Virus record (IMG/VR): IMGVR_UViG_3300046786_000293
Location: 128,001-192,000 of that record
Source: a virus
Lineage: Duplodnaviria; Caudoviricetes
Strand: one strand, 5' to 3'
DNA: 64,000 bases
Shown here in pieces: positions 27,277-37,385 of this stretch (its first letter is position 1; the number at the start of each line of letters is the position of its first letter). The notes under the pieces were generated by a model. The model was given only the letters and a program-made list of their open reading frames with translations, searched no databases and was not told where the DNA came from. The translations under genes and the position numbers were made by a program.

Positions 27277-27524
27277 CTGTACAATAAACGGGCATAGGTT
27301 ACCCAATGCTCAAAATTGTGCATTGCTTCGTTTAATTGGGCTTCCAATTCTGTATACTTTGGTGTTACACGCTGATAGCGCCTACACGTAACCATTTCCT
27401 TGTCCATTTCTGTGCGAATGTTTACACAATTTTTCCAAAGTTTGAACAGTTGGCTACGGGCCCGCATATCGTCGGTGCCTTGAACCTGTTTGAAAAAGTC
27501 CTGTAGGATAGCATCATAGTCCAT
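27273..27524 (-). CDS. early hypothetical protein (likely start MDYDAIL at 27524)
   Basis: ATG lies 7 nt after TATAAT of a consensus promoter. Confidence 0.7.
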   Translation of the reverse strand: MDYDAILQDFFKQVQGTDDMRARSQLFKLWKNCVNIRTEMDKEMVTCRRYQRVTPKYTELEAQLNEAMHNFEHWVTYARLLYS

Positions 27525-27531
27525 ACTTGCA

Positions 27532-27560
27532 ATTATACATCGTTTTGGATTTAGTGTCAA
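27532..27560 (-). promoter_or_regulatory. sigma70 early promoter TTGACA-N17-TATAAT
   Basis: perfect consensus. Confidence 0.9.
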
Positions 27561-27595
27561 CTCTGCCATAAATATAGTATAAAACGGACTACGGT

Positions 27596-28969
27596 ATGCC
27601 AAGACTTAGTATGTGGCGTGAAAACCACACCAACGATTATAAATTTATGGACAGACGCATCAGTGAAGAATTTACTGTAGGCGGCACTGGGGTATTATTA
27701 CACAAATATTTAGGTACTATTAATCAAGCTAATACTTACCCCACCTCAGCTAATGTTACTGCAAATACTTCTGTTATCAGTTTTGCCAATGTAGCATTAT
27801 TCGAGCCTGGTCAAAATATTTCAGGTGCCGGTATACAAGCAAATACAGTAATTTTTACAACTAACACCACTGTTAATACCATAACAATCAGCAAGCCTGT
27901 TACAGAAACTATTTCTACAGGCACAGCTATAAATGTCTACTGGCGCGATCCAACTCAACCAATTTACAACAACCAAAGTGCCACAAATATTCAAGACTTA
28001 TTGTGGCTAGAAAACAGAGATAGAAAATACGACAAAGACGTTTATAAAATGCGCGGCATTTATACTGTAAACGATAACGATTTTGACCTACAACAATTTG
28101 GTATCTTTCTAAGTGCAGACACAGTCTATATGACATTTCATTTAAATGACACAGTTCGCATGATTGGTCGCAAGCTAATGAGTGGCGACGTACTAGAGCT
28201 ACAACATAAAAAAGATTACTACCCACTGGATGAAGCTATCCCCATTAGTTTGAAACGTTATTATGTGATACAAGATGTTACTTTTGCGTCTGAGGGTTTT
28301 AGTCAAACATGGTGGCCACATTTAATTAGAATTAAAATGTCACCTCTTGTAGATAGTCAAGAATATAAAGATATTTTAAATCAAATAACAGTAGGCGACA
28401 ACGATACCCCAATAGGACAAATTATCAGTAACTACAATAAACTCAATGAAATCAATGATGCTATCATTATGCAAGCAGAGAATCTAGTTCCAAAAAGTGG
28501 AACAGATATCGATAATTTATACGTCGAACCACTATTACCCGATGGCTCACCTGGGGACCCTACGGGACAAACTGTCGATTTGACCACTTTAAGAGTTAAT
28601 AGCACATTTGATTTTGCAAGCACACAGGCTACTACCCCCGATACAAATATACCAGCATATTTAGGAGGCGACGGTAATGCTCCGAATGGCTGGCCAGTTG
28701 TAGCAGGAACTAGTTTTCCCGCTAATCCGAATATAGGTGACTATGCATTAAGGCTAGATTATATTCCTAATAGGTTATTCAGATGGAATGGTGCTCGTTG
28801 GATTAAGATTGAAGATAATGTAAGAACAGATCTTACTCCAGGACCAAATAACCAGACACAACGTAGTATCTTTGTTAATAATACAGACACGTTTGTTAAT
28901 AACGAAGGTCAGACTGTAGCAGTTCGTCAAAGCCTAAGTAAGGCGTTAACGCCTCGAGCCGATAATTAA
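27596..28969 (+). CDS. gp14: neck / head-closure protein
   Basis: MPRLSMWR, LWLENRDRKY, FGIFL..D motifs; TAAATA at 27569. Confidence 0.75.
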   Translation: MPRLSMWRENHTNDYKFMDRRISEEFTVGGTGVLLHKYLGTINQANTYPTSANVTANTSVISFANVALFEPGQNISGAGIQANTVIFTTNTTVNTITISKPVTETISTGTAINVYWRDPTQPIYNNQSATNIQDLLWLENRDRKYDKDVYKMRGIYTVNDNDFDLQQFGIFLSADTVYMTFHLNDTVRMIGRKLMSGDVLELQHKKDYYPLDEAIPISLKRYYVIQDVTFASEGFSQTWWPHLIRIKMSPLVDSQEYKDILNQITVGDNDTPIGQIISNYNKLNEINDAIIMQAENLVPKSGTDIDNLYVEPLLPDGSPGDPTGQTVDLTTLRVNSTFDFASTQATTPDTNIPAYLGGDGNAPNGWPVVAGTSFPANPNIGDYALRLDYIPNRLFRWNGARWIKIEDNVRTDLTPGPNNQTQRSIFVNNTDTFVNNEGQTVAVRQSLSKALTPRADN

Positions 28970-28991
28970 TTATGATTAAGGAAAATATATA

Positions 28992-30803
28992 ATGGCATTA
29001 CAGGCCTTCTTTTATGATCAACAAATACGCAGATACATCATACAATTTATTCGTATGCTGTCTAATTTCCAAGTTGAATTTGGCAAGGATAGAAATCAAG
29101 TAACCGCCTATCAGCGTGTTCCTGTAATTTACGGCGATAGTAGTAGACAAGCACAATCAATCATAAAGCAAGGTAGCGAAAACTATCTAAATAGCGTACC
29201 TGTTATGGCTGTTTATATTTCTGGTCTAGACTACGACAGACTTCGTTTGCAGAACCCAACATACGTTGGCAAAATGAATTTGCGTGAACGTTACTTTGAT
29301 CCAAATACTGGTGAATACAGCACTACCCAAGGCGATGTTTTAACAGTAGAACGTCTAATGCCTGTACCTTATAAACTTACGCTGAAAGTTGATATTTGGA
29401 CTAGCAATACTGAACAAAAACTGCAATTGATTGAACAGCTAGCAATTTTGTTCAATCCAGCATTAGAAATTCAAAGTACAGACAATTATGTTGATTGGAC
29501 TAGTTTAACTTATGTTTTATTAACTAATACAAACTATAGTTCAAGGAGTATTCCGATTGGTACAGAAAATCCTATTGATGTTGCCACTTTAACTTTTGAA
29601 CTTCCGATTTTTATTAGTGCCCCTGCACTAGTTAAGAAATTAGGTGTAATTCAAAAAATTATTGCATCAATATATGATGCAAATGGTGATATAGACAATG
29701 CCATTTATAACGACGCAAATATATTAAGTCGTCAATACATAACTCCGTTGGACTATGGTGTTGTATTATTCGGCAACGAACTCAGATTAGTTCGTTATAA
29801 CAATCCTGTGATACCAGCATTCGGTGAACAAATTATCAAACAAATAGCAAGTAATGTTTCTGCTAATACAACAATCACTGTCGATAATACTACAGATATA
29901 GAACCTGGGATGATTGTTTCTGGATTAACTATAAGAGGTCCAGGTACCATTACCACAAATACAAATACGAATGTAGTAGAAGGAACAGACACTCACTTTT
30001 TGACATCTATTACTCCTGGGCAAATAATTTATTCTTATGACGAGAATACACCAATTGGTACTGTAGCTACAGTAGAAGATGACGGACTATTGTTGTTAAC
30101 AACAACTGCACAAGGTAATTTAGTTGCTGATGGGTGGGAACAATATAAAACAGTAAACTCTGCAAACTGTGCAGTTATAAATGTTAATGGACAAGTGGTA
30201 ACCACAAGCAATCTTGTAACTGCAAATGTAGGCGATAGGATAGTATTTACAGGAACAACAGATCAAGTTGGATCGTATGAGCCATGGAGAAACTTTATTA
30301 ATATCTACGGCAACTTAGTAAACGGCACAAGTCAAGTAAGATTAGAACTAGCGGATGGTAACGAAATCGTAGGTACTGTTAGCTACAATCCGATAGATGA
30401 TACAACATTACTATACTCCCCTGACCCAGATACATTGCCAACTAATACAGTCCTTCCGGTTAATGCCATCATTGATCCGCAATCTAGTAGACCGAGCAAA
30501 GATTTACAAAATCTAGCAGTAGGCACCAGATACTTATTAGTTAATGATTATGTAACTCAACCAGGAGCAGTGCCCACATATAATTGGCAAGGGATTGACA
30601 ATACCCCATTAGTAGCGTATGCTAATGATATTATTCAATACAATGGTAGCCACTGGATAGTAGCATTTGATTCTCGTAATGAAACTAGTATTAATTATGT
30701 TACTAACATGACCACTAATACTCAATATCGTTGGAACGGTGTAGAGTGGGCTAAGAGTTACGAAGGCTACTACGAAAACGGAAAATGGCAATTAGTAATA
30801 TAA
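28992..30803 (+). CDS. gp15: tail sheath stabiliser / tail terminator
   Basis: FFYDQQIRRY, RVPVIYGD, MPVPYKL, QLAILFNP motifs. Confidence 0.85.
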   Translation: MALQAFFYDQQIRRYIIQFIRMLSNFQVEFGKDRNQVTAYQRVPVIYGDSSRQAQSIIKQGSENYLNSVPVMAVYISGLDYDRLRLQNPTYVGKMNLRERYFDPNTGEYSTTQGDVLTVERLMPVPYKLTLKVDIWTSNTEQKLQLIEQLAILFNPALEIQSTDNYVDWTSLTYVLLTNTNYSSRSIPIGTENPIDVATLTFELPIFISAPALVKKLGVIQKIIASIYDANGDIDNAIYNDANILSRQYITPLDYGVVLFGNELRLVRYNNPVIPAFGEQIIKQIASNVSANTTITVDNTTDIEPGMIVSGLTIRGPGTITTNTNTNVVEGTDTHFLTSITPGQIIYSYDENTPIGTVATVEDDGLLLLTTTAQGNLVADGWEQYKTVNSANCAVINVNGQVVTTSNLVTANVGDRIVFTGTTDQVGSYEPWRNFINIYGNLVNGTSQVRLELADGNEIVGTVSYNPIDDTTLLYSPDPDTLPTNTVLPVNAIIDPQSSRPSKDLQNLAVGTRYLLVNDYVTQPGAVPTYNWQGIDNTPLVAYANDIIQYNGSHWIVAFDSRNETSINYVTNMTTNTQYRWNGVEWAKSYEGYYENGKWQLVI

Positions 30804-31219
30804 AATCAAGTTGTGGAGCGTTAATTTATTGTACGACCACTCACCGATATTTGTTCTTATTAAGAAAAAATGGTCGGTACCCGGACACATGGGGATTAGT
30901 AGGTGGTAAAATCGAACAAGGGGAAACTAACTTTGAAGGTCTCGAAAGAGAAATCAAAGAAGAATTGGGCGGGGAAATTAAGGGCGCAAAAATTATTCCC
31001 ATTGAAACTTATACTAGCGACAATGGAAACTTTGTCTACCAAACTTATCTAATAAAAGTAGATGAAGAATTCGTACCAGTACTTAACGACGAGCACAAAG
31101 GGTATTGTTGGGTTGAGCTAGAAGACTATCCGAAACCGTTACATCCTGGCGTATATAGAACTATACGCTTTCAAGCAAATCAAAATAAGATAAAAGTCTT
31201 AGAAAAAATTAAAGATTAA
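30785..31219 (+). CDS. Nudix hydrolase
   Basis: Nudix box GGKIEQGETNFEGLEREIKEELG. Confidence 0.9.
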   Translation: MAISNIKSSCGALIYCTTTHRYLFLLRKNGRYPDTWGLVGGKIEQGETNFEGLEREIKEELGGEIKGAKIIPIETYTSDNGNFVYQTYLIKVDEEFVPVLNDEHKGYCWVELEDYPKPLHPGVYRTIRFQANQNKIKVLEKIKD

Positions 31220-31793
31220 AAACAAAACTTGTTCTTGGCTCTTTGCTGTTGTTTGGCGGAACTTCATGATATAACCATGCAGGCCAAATTAACAATGTAC
31301 CGGGTGTAGGAGTGTATTCTACCTTTTGCATACTATACCAGTTATTCGGATCTTTAACCATAAACATGTAGTCAAAGAAATCCTTAAACGGCTGATTAGG
31401 TGTAAAGATAATTTTACTAGATCCAGGTGGTGTTTTAAGATAATATATACCACTTAGTGTGCATTGGCTGTGCAAATGCCTAGGGTGATTACTGCCTTCT
31501 TTAAAGTTGTTAGCAAACAAATATGGTTTCCATGGCACATTAGTAGCATCATACCCTTGCAATTCTAAAAAATGTTTGCCGCGTTCTAAAACAAAATTTA
31601 TAAAAGGTTGGAATTCAGTATCTGTGGTTAAATTTCTTGTTCCGTATGTTGTTTCTCCGTTATAGTAAAAAGAAGAATTTACGTTTTTATCAGGCACATT
31701 AAAAATATTATCAAACAGCTTGGTCATTGGAGCAAGCCATTCGGGGTGTTCTTCTTTGCCTACAACAGAAGGAAACCAGTTATGTAATTCCAT
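31209..31793 (-). CDS. putative 2OG-Fe(II) oxygenase (TIGR02466-like)
   Basis: HLHS..LSGIYY..PG.LLIWPAWLYHEV.PN..R.S..FN. Confidence 0.85.
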   Translation of the reverse strand: MELHNWFPSVVGKEEHPEWLAPMTKLFDNIFNVPDKNVNSSFYYNGETTYGTRNLTTDTEFQPFINFVLERGKHFLELQGYDATNVPWKPYLFANNFKEGSNHPRHLHSQCTLSGIYYLKTPPGSSKIIFTPNQPFKDFFDYMFMVKDPNNWYSMQKVEYTPTPGTLLIWPAWLYHEVPPNNSKEPRTSFVFNL

Positions 31794-32320
31794 TAGTTTT
31801 GATTAAAAAATAATTGTACGCTTAGGCGTGGTGTTTCAGCTAGCTGAGTAACCATAGTTGTTCCGTGATAGATAGGTGGCCTAAACCATGTCATAGTGTT
31901 AGGCATCGGATAGATCCAACGCTGTCCCATGTCGGGGTCATCGGCTAAAAACATCCCACCCCAATTCCAATTCCAAGATTCGTTAATATAAATTGTGCTA
32001 CTTAATCTTGGATTAACATCGCTAGCATCATGATGGAAGTTTATTTGACTGCCTGGAAGCCAAATGTGCATGAACACCGTCAAATTTCTATAGTTTGCAA
32101 AATCTGGGTGTACATCTCTTGGATACTTTTCTAAGAAATAGTCTTTATATTCTTCTAAAGGTAAAATCAGTACTGGTGCAAAAGAACCGGCTTCTAATCC
32201 AGCGCCCCAGCGCCCCATGTTATTGACTTCGAATACAGCTTGTCCTTTGCTAGACTCGAATTTTTGTCTTAGAGACTTTAATATATCTTCTTCTAAAAAG
32301 TTTGAAACGATATTAATCAT
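31793..32320 (-). CDS. 2OG-Fe(II) oxygenase, prolyl-hydroxylase-like (likely start MINIV at 32320)
   Basis: FHHD, WNWNWGG, YHGT, RLSVQ motifs. Confidence 0.8.
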   Translation of the reverse strand: MINIVSNFLEEDILKSLRQKFESSKGQAVFEVNNMGRWGAGLEAGSFAPVLILPLEEYKDYFLEKYPRDVHPDFANYRNLTVFMHIWLPGSQINFHHDASDVNPRLSSTIYINESWNWNWGGMFLADDPDMGQRWIYPMPNTMTWFRPPIYHGTTMVTQLAETPRLSVQLFFNQN

Positions 32321-32321
32321 A

Positions 32322-32873
32322 TTAAAATTGTGTTGTAAAGAAAAACAATTGGAATAATCTACCGGTTTGTAAATCATGTCCAAAATAATCTAAGCTAGTA
32401 TGAAATAAATCACTACGATATAGAACTAACCTATTATATCTATTACCGATACGATCGACCATTTCCCATTTGGTCATATCTTGACTTTCGTATGCCTCTA
32501 ATTCATGAGCCATACGTGCGCCAGTTTTTTTATACATAAAAAGTCCCGTGCCGCCAGATATTGGGGCATCGGGCGTAAGATAGCAAACTCCTGCCCAGGT
32601 ATTGTAATGATCTGTATGAATCCAACTACGATTAGATGAAGTAGCAAGTTCGAAACTACCAGAAAGCCCGTCACGAGCATTCCATTCTTTTACTTCTCCG
32701 CCAGCATTCCATACTATAGTCTGAATTGATTCTTTGATTGAATCATTTAAGAAAGTTGCAGTACGCAATCCTGGAAAATTTCCTTGTACTTTAAATTCTT
32801 GTTGCATTGCAAAGTTACGCACACTATCGGGATTACTGTAAAAATCATCAACAATAATTACATTTGTTCTCAT
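32322..32873 (-). CDS. 2OG-Fe(II) oxygenase-like protein
   Basis: IIVDDFY.NPD, WIHTD, YLTP, NRLVLY..LFH..R..QLFF. Confidence 0.8.
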   Translation of the reverse strand: MRTNVIIVDDFYSNPDSVRNFAMQQEFKVQGNFPGLRTATFLNDSIKESIQTIVWNAGGEVKEWNARDGLSGSFELATSSNRSWIHTDHYNTWAGVCYLTPDAPISGGTGLFMYKKTGARMAHELEAYESQDMTKWEMVDRIGNRYNRLVLYRSDLFHTSLDYFGHDLQTGRLFQLFFFTTQF

Positions 32874-32898
32874 ATGTTTATTCTCTGTAGTATTGTAC

Positions 32899-33738
32899 TT
32901 AGTTTAGTTGAACCTGCTGGTAAATGGAATTCTCTTGCTCTAGAGCAAAGTTTAGTTTATTTTCTATAATATCTTCAATTCTTTGATAGATATTCTTTTC
33001 CCAAAACGGTTTAGCTTTTTCATGATTAATCTCTGCGTAAGGCAACATTCTATCGTATACTTCAGGAGTTAGATTAGCGATAATATTTTCAAATTCTTCA
33101 ATAGTTCTAAATTGTATAATACCCCGAGGATCAAAAAATTCTTCAATATTTGTACAGCCGTAATAAATTGGTACTGTAAAAGTTTTAAAACAATCTAACA
33201 GTTTTTCAGTAAACATGTTGTTCATATCTTGATTTTCTGTAGCGATATTAAACTTGGCATTTGCAAAAAAAGGATTTTTACTCGGTGCTACCGGAGGACT
33301 GCGATGCCAAAATAATTCAAACGGCCCTATGTGTGTTTTACGTTCTATTCTATTCTTAATCATAAAACGCATAATGTAGGGAGCCCCGTTAATTTTACTA
33401 CTCATTAAATAAGTTATTTGATTACGTTTTTCTAATAAAAGACCGTCTTCTATCCAACTACCTACTGGACAAAAGTTAACTGCGTGAGGTAAATGAAATA
33501 AACGTTCATCATAAGTCAGTATTAAGTGAAACTTATCAGCATTTTCAATTACCATGTCTTTAAATTTTATATAAAGATTTGGCGGCTCGCACTGAACTAG
33601 TACACGAAAATCGGCCGACATGTCTGTATTAACGGTATCGAAACTAACAACCACCCTCTTAGATAGTTGTTTTGTAAACTTATATTTGTCGTTTCCGCTG
33701 TACCCAGGCATATAACCTATTTGAACAATATCATGCAT
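32899..33738 (-). CDS. GT10 (fucosyltransferase-like) glycosyltransferase
   Basis: KFNIATEN..FTEKLLDCF..TVPIYYG GT10 signature. Confidence 0.8.
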   Translation of the reverse strand: MHDIVQIGYMPGYSGNDKYKFTKQLSKRVVVSFDTVNTDMSADFRVLVQCEPPNLYIKFKDMVIENADKFHLILTYDERLFHLPHAVNFCPVGSWIEDGLLLEKRNQITYLMSSKINGAPYIMRFMIKNRIERKTHIGPFELFWHRSPPVAPSKNPFFANAKFNIATENQDMNNMFTEKLLDCFKTFTVPIYYGCTNIEEFFDPRGIIQFRTIEEFENIIANLTPEVYDRMLPYAEINHEKAKPFWEKNIYQRIEDIIENKLNFALEQENSIYQQVQLN

Positions 33739-34588
33739 AGACTCTAACAATTTTCTTATAACCTTTACTTAGTAATATAGCCATATTGCTAAAATTACTT
33801 TCTCTACATACTAAACCGCCGCAACGTGCTAATACCATGCAGTCATTGAATGTTTCAACCCAATAACGCTTTTGGTAGAACCAATCATATTCAGGAATAC
33901 TATCAAAAAAATCTTTATGCTTTTCTGTAGGGTATCTTATAAAATTATTGTGAGCAATAATGTTATCTCCGAACTCTGCTCGTATTCTACTAATAGATTC
34001 ATCGTTATCCGCAGAAACAAATATATTCTTATACTTTCCAGATATAAATTCTATTTTAATTTCACGAATATAATCGTCTATAGTAATCTGTTGATACAAA
34101 TCCCAGTGAAGCATATTCATTGTTGTTAACCGTACATGTACTCCTAAAGTTTCTTCTGTTATGTTATTTTCTTTACAAAATCTATTAGAATGAAAATATA
34201 ATTCCGGTTTAAGTCTAATTTTATCCAAAACACGTTTATAATCTTGAAATCTAGAACTTAGTTCTATTTTATTTTCTTTGTTATAAGTCGGGCCCATTGG
34301 CAGATAACCACCATAAGTATATCCAGAACCTTTTTTCTGATCTAATACATAATTAAAAATATGTTCGTAAGGCTCGTCTATTCCGTATGCTTTCATTTGT
34401 TCTACATGCTGTTGACAAAGTTTATATGCTGCGATACCGAATGGATCAGCAGGATCATCAGACTCTACAAAGCCCGAAGGAATTAAGTATACATTATCAA
34501 ATTCAATGTCAGCCAATGGCAATATAGCAAACTGTAGCAGTCTGCTGAATACCCCGCCACCTGGCACATGAAATATATAATTTTTCAC
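33731..34588 (-). CDS. NodZ/GT23-like (GT-B) glycosyltransferase (likely GTG start at 34588)
   Basis: LGVHVR, IFVSADN, LARCGGLV..SNFS motifs. Confidence 0.65.
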   Translation of the reverse strand: MKNYIFHVPGGGVFSRLLQFAILPLADIEFDNVYLIPSGFVESDDPADPFGIAAYKLCQQHVEQMKAYGIDEPYEHIFNYVLDQKKGSGYTYGGYLPMGPTYNKENKIELSSRFQDYKRVLDKIRLKPELYFHSNRFCKENNITEETLGVHVRLTTMNMLHWDLYQQITIDDYIREIKIEFISGKYKNIFVSADNDESISRIRAEFGDNIIAHNNFIRYPTEKHKDFFDSIPEYDWFYQKRYWVETFNDCMVLARCGGLVCRESNFSNMAILLSKGYKKIVRVYA

Positions 34589-35553
34589 AGATTTCGTTCC
34601 CAATATTCAATCATTTCATCTAGCATAGATTCAAATGTATAAGAAGGTTTCCATCCTAGTATATTTCTGATATCACTACTATCACCTTTAAGGTAACGTA
34701 ATTCCTCGGGGCGTATAAATTTTTCATTTTGAACTACATAATCTTCGTAGTTCATACCTAGTTGACGGAATGTATATTCACAGAGTTCTCTAACTGTATG
34801 AGTTTCACCTGTAGCAACAATCCAGTCTCTTGCAGTGTCATGATTAACTATAGCATGAATCGCACGAACGTAATCGTAACTGTGTCCCCAGTCTCGACTA
34901 CTATCCATGTTGCCAAGTTCTAGTTGCTTTGCTAATCCTTTTTTGATTTCAACTGCTGTTTTAACAACTTTATTAGTTACAAAGTTAGTGCCGCGGCGTG
35001 GACTTTCATGATTAAACAAAATGCCATTACTAGCATGAAGTTTATATGCCGCACGATAGTGTCGTGTAAAATTAAATGATGCAAGTTTGCTAATACCATA
35101 AGGACTTACTGGTACCATAGGTGTGGTTAGTCGTTGTGTTTGATCAGCATCAATGCTATTACCAAACATTTCACTAGAGCTAGCTTGGTAATATCGTGCG
35201 TTAGGACATAGTTCTTTAAAATAATCTAGCATATACAAAACACCCATAGTATTAGTGTTCAATGTAAACGAAGGCATATCAAAACTAATACGCACATGAC
35301 TCATGGCACCTAAGTTATAAATCTCATCAGGTTGCACTTTACTAATCACTGAATGCAAACTTAATGGATCAGTTAAGTCTCCATAATGTCGTGTAATACT
35401 ATCGTTAATTTCGTGTAGTCTGGAACTTTGGTTTTCTGGTACGCTATGCCTGCGTACAATTCCATGAACATCATAACCAAGTTCTAATAGATATTCACTT
35501 AGATAACTTCCGTCTTGACCTGTAATACCTGTAATTAATGCTCGTTTTGCCAT
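34585..35553 (-). CDS. gmd: GDP-mannose 4,6-dehydratase
   Basis: GITGQDGSY, YNLGAMSHV, YQASSSE, YGISK, LFNHESPRRG, RDWGH. Confidence 0.97.
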   Translation of the reverse strand: MAKRALITGITGQDGSYLSEYLLELGYDVHGIVRRHSVPENQSSRLHEINDSITRHYGDLTDPLSLHSVISKVQPDEIYNLGAMSHVRISFDMPSFTLNTNTMGVLYMLDYFKELCPNARYYQASSSEMFGNSIDADQTQRLTTPMVPVSPYGISKLASFNFTRHYRAAYKLHASNGILFNHESPRRGTNFVTNKVVKTAVEIKKGLAKQLELGNMDSSRDWGHSYDYVRAIHAIVNHDTARDWIVATGETHTVRELCEYTFRQLGMNYEDYVVQNEKFIRPEELRYLKGDSSDIRNILGWKPSYTFESMLDEMIEYWERNL

Positions 35554-35554
35554 T

Positions 35555-36244
35555 TTAATCTTTCCATAATTTCTTTTTGCTCAAATCGCTATACTGTTCC
35601 CAGCCGCCGCAATCGGGAGTGTCATCAGGAACTTGATCCATTAAGATAATACCTCTTGCAGCATCTTCAGGAGTCATGTACATATGCCAGCCGCATATAT
35701 CTGCATCATCGTCCCATTGACTTACTTCCATATCGCGACCGTCGTAACGTGCTTTAATTAGCCATTCATATGCATCTTTGTCGTCTGTTAATATCATTCC
35801 GCCGCGGCCGATCGGAATACGCTTTTTAATTTGAAAACTAACAACATGCAATCCACCCACGTACATACCTCGACGCCAGCGAGTAGCCGCATCCCATACC
35901 GGATAGGGTTTTAATTGATATACCCCCGACCATTCTTCATGTCTAAATGTAGGTTGACATCCGGCATGTTTAATATACATAGGGACACTTTGATATGTGT
36001 GCTTAGGTATTTCAACCAGCCCGCGGGCATTGAGATATTTTAAACTCAAAAATAATCCGTGTGTACAACAATCAACACTTACTCCATATTTGGCCCCAGC
36101 AAACTCTGCTACTTTCTTTTCGAAAGTATCAATAATATCGCGTGGGTCATTCCAATTATATCCTAACTGCTTGACCATGTCCAATTCAGGGCGTTGGAAC
36201 TCTTTTGGTAATTTGCCTGATGGCCAACTATTAAATTTATTCAT
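35555..36244 (-). CDS. short DegT/DnrJ family PLP aminotransferase (perosamine synthase-like)
   Basis: FEKKVAEF..AKY, DAA, SFQIKK..GRGG motifs; only 229 aa. Confidence 0.8.
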   Translation of the reverse strand: MNKFNSWPSGKLPKEFQRPELDMVKQLGYNWNDPRDIIDTFEKKVAEFAGAKYGVSVDCCTHGLFLSLKYLNARGLVEIPKHTYQSVPMYIKHAGCQPTFRHEEWSGVYQLKPYPVWDAATRWRRGMYVGGLHVVSFQIKKRIPIGRGGMILTDDKDAYEWLIKARYDGRDMEVSQWDDDADICGWHMYMTPEDAARGIILMDQVPDDTPDCGGWEQYSDLSKKKLWKD

Positions 36245-36768
36245 TAATATTTGTATCCTAGTTTTTCTGCGTATTCATAGGCTTTATACATACTGCGTTT
36301 ACGTACAGGACGAGCAGGATTACCTGCGTATACTGTCCAAGGTTCAGTATCTTCTTTGAGCAAACTGTTTGCACCTAGTACACTTCCTTCTGCCATTATA
36401 ACACCCGGTAGTATAACGCTGTTAGCTAATGCTCCACTAAATCGTCGTAGAGTAATGGGCAACAGTCTTTGTTCGTCTTGATATTCTTCGGGAATCAATG
36501 GACCTATTAGTCCTGCCCCGTGGAACGTTTCGCTACCGCAAACGTATTTAGATCCTACACTTAAGAAACAAAAATCTTCCACATAGAGTGCAGTTTTTTT
36601 TCCGCCGATTACCGCAACATGCGGACTAATGTGTACATAGTCTCCAATTTGTAGTTTTGTAGTACAATAAAAGAAACTGTCTATTGCTACGTGGTTGCCA
36701 ATTTTACATAATTCAGGTCTGCGGATTTCGGCAGTGGCACTGATATAAACGTCGTCGCCTTTAATCAT
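36244..36768 (-). CDS. left-handed beta-helix acyltransferase
   Basis: hexapeptide repeats (IGNHVAI, IGDYVHI), VILPGV, YAGNPAR. Confidence 0.85.
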   Translation of the reverse strand: MIKGDDVYISATAEIRRPELCKIGNHVAIDSFFYCTTKLQIGDYVHISPHVAVIGGKKTALYVEDFCFLSVGSKYVCGSETFHGAGLIGPLIPEEYQDEQRLLPITLRRFSGALANSVILPGVIMAEGSVLGANSLLKEDTEPWTVYAGNPARPVRKRSMYKAYEYAEKLGYKY

Positions 36769-37385
36769 TTAAATTTTGGTCCTATTACCCAAGTTGTCAA
36801 TGTTCTTCTAAGTCCGCTTAAAACAGGTGCTACCCGATGTAACAAATAAGATGGGAACAAAATAACACTTCCTTTTTGTAATCCGGTGTTGATTGGAAAA
36901 CGTTCTTCAGACAAGTTCAATTGGAACTCACCCCCCGTGAAATCTAATTGGGGCGTACTTAGTAACGTTACTATAGTAATTTTTCTCATATATTCATTGA
37001 TTCTATAATCAATTGATGTAGGATTATCTAATGCTATGTCCATATGAAAATTATGTCTGCCTTCAGGTCCATACTCAGCATATTGAATATAGTTAAATCC
37101 AGTTAAGTCAAACTTAAACATTGTATCGTTATAATACTCGACTATTTTATTATATCTATCATAAATCCATTGCGTATCGTTGTCTGGATATTCTATAAAT
37201 GCCGTTTTTGCTTTTCTTGTAGCATAGGCATCTACATTATTGAAGGTTCCTCCGTCGCTTAATTGCATACGTTGACAATAGCTAACTATTGCATCTATTT
37301 CACTAGATGTGAACTGATTATGTGCAATTACTTTACTAGGCGTAAAAAGTAATGTATTAAACGCAAAGTTAGACAATGTAGTCAT
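36765..37385 (-). CDS. PKHD-type 2OG-Fe(II) hydroxylase
   Basis: FHMD, RKITIV, FTGGEF, FPSYLLHRVAPV..R.TL..W..GP. Confidence 0.9.
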   Translation of the reverse strand: MTTLSNFAFNTLLFTPSKVIAHNQFTSSEIDAIVSYCQRMQLSDGGTFNNVDAYATRKAKTAFIEYPDNDTQWIYDRYNKIVEYYNDTMFKFDLTGFNYIQYAEYGPEGRHNFHMDIALDNPTSIDYRINEYMRKITIVTLLSTPQLDFTGGEFQLNLSEERFPINTGLQKGSVILFPSYLLHRVAPVLSGLRRTLTTWVIGPKFK

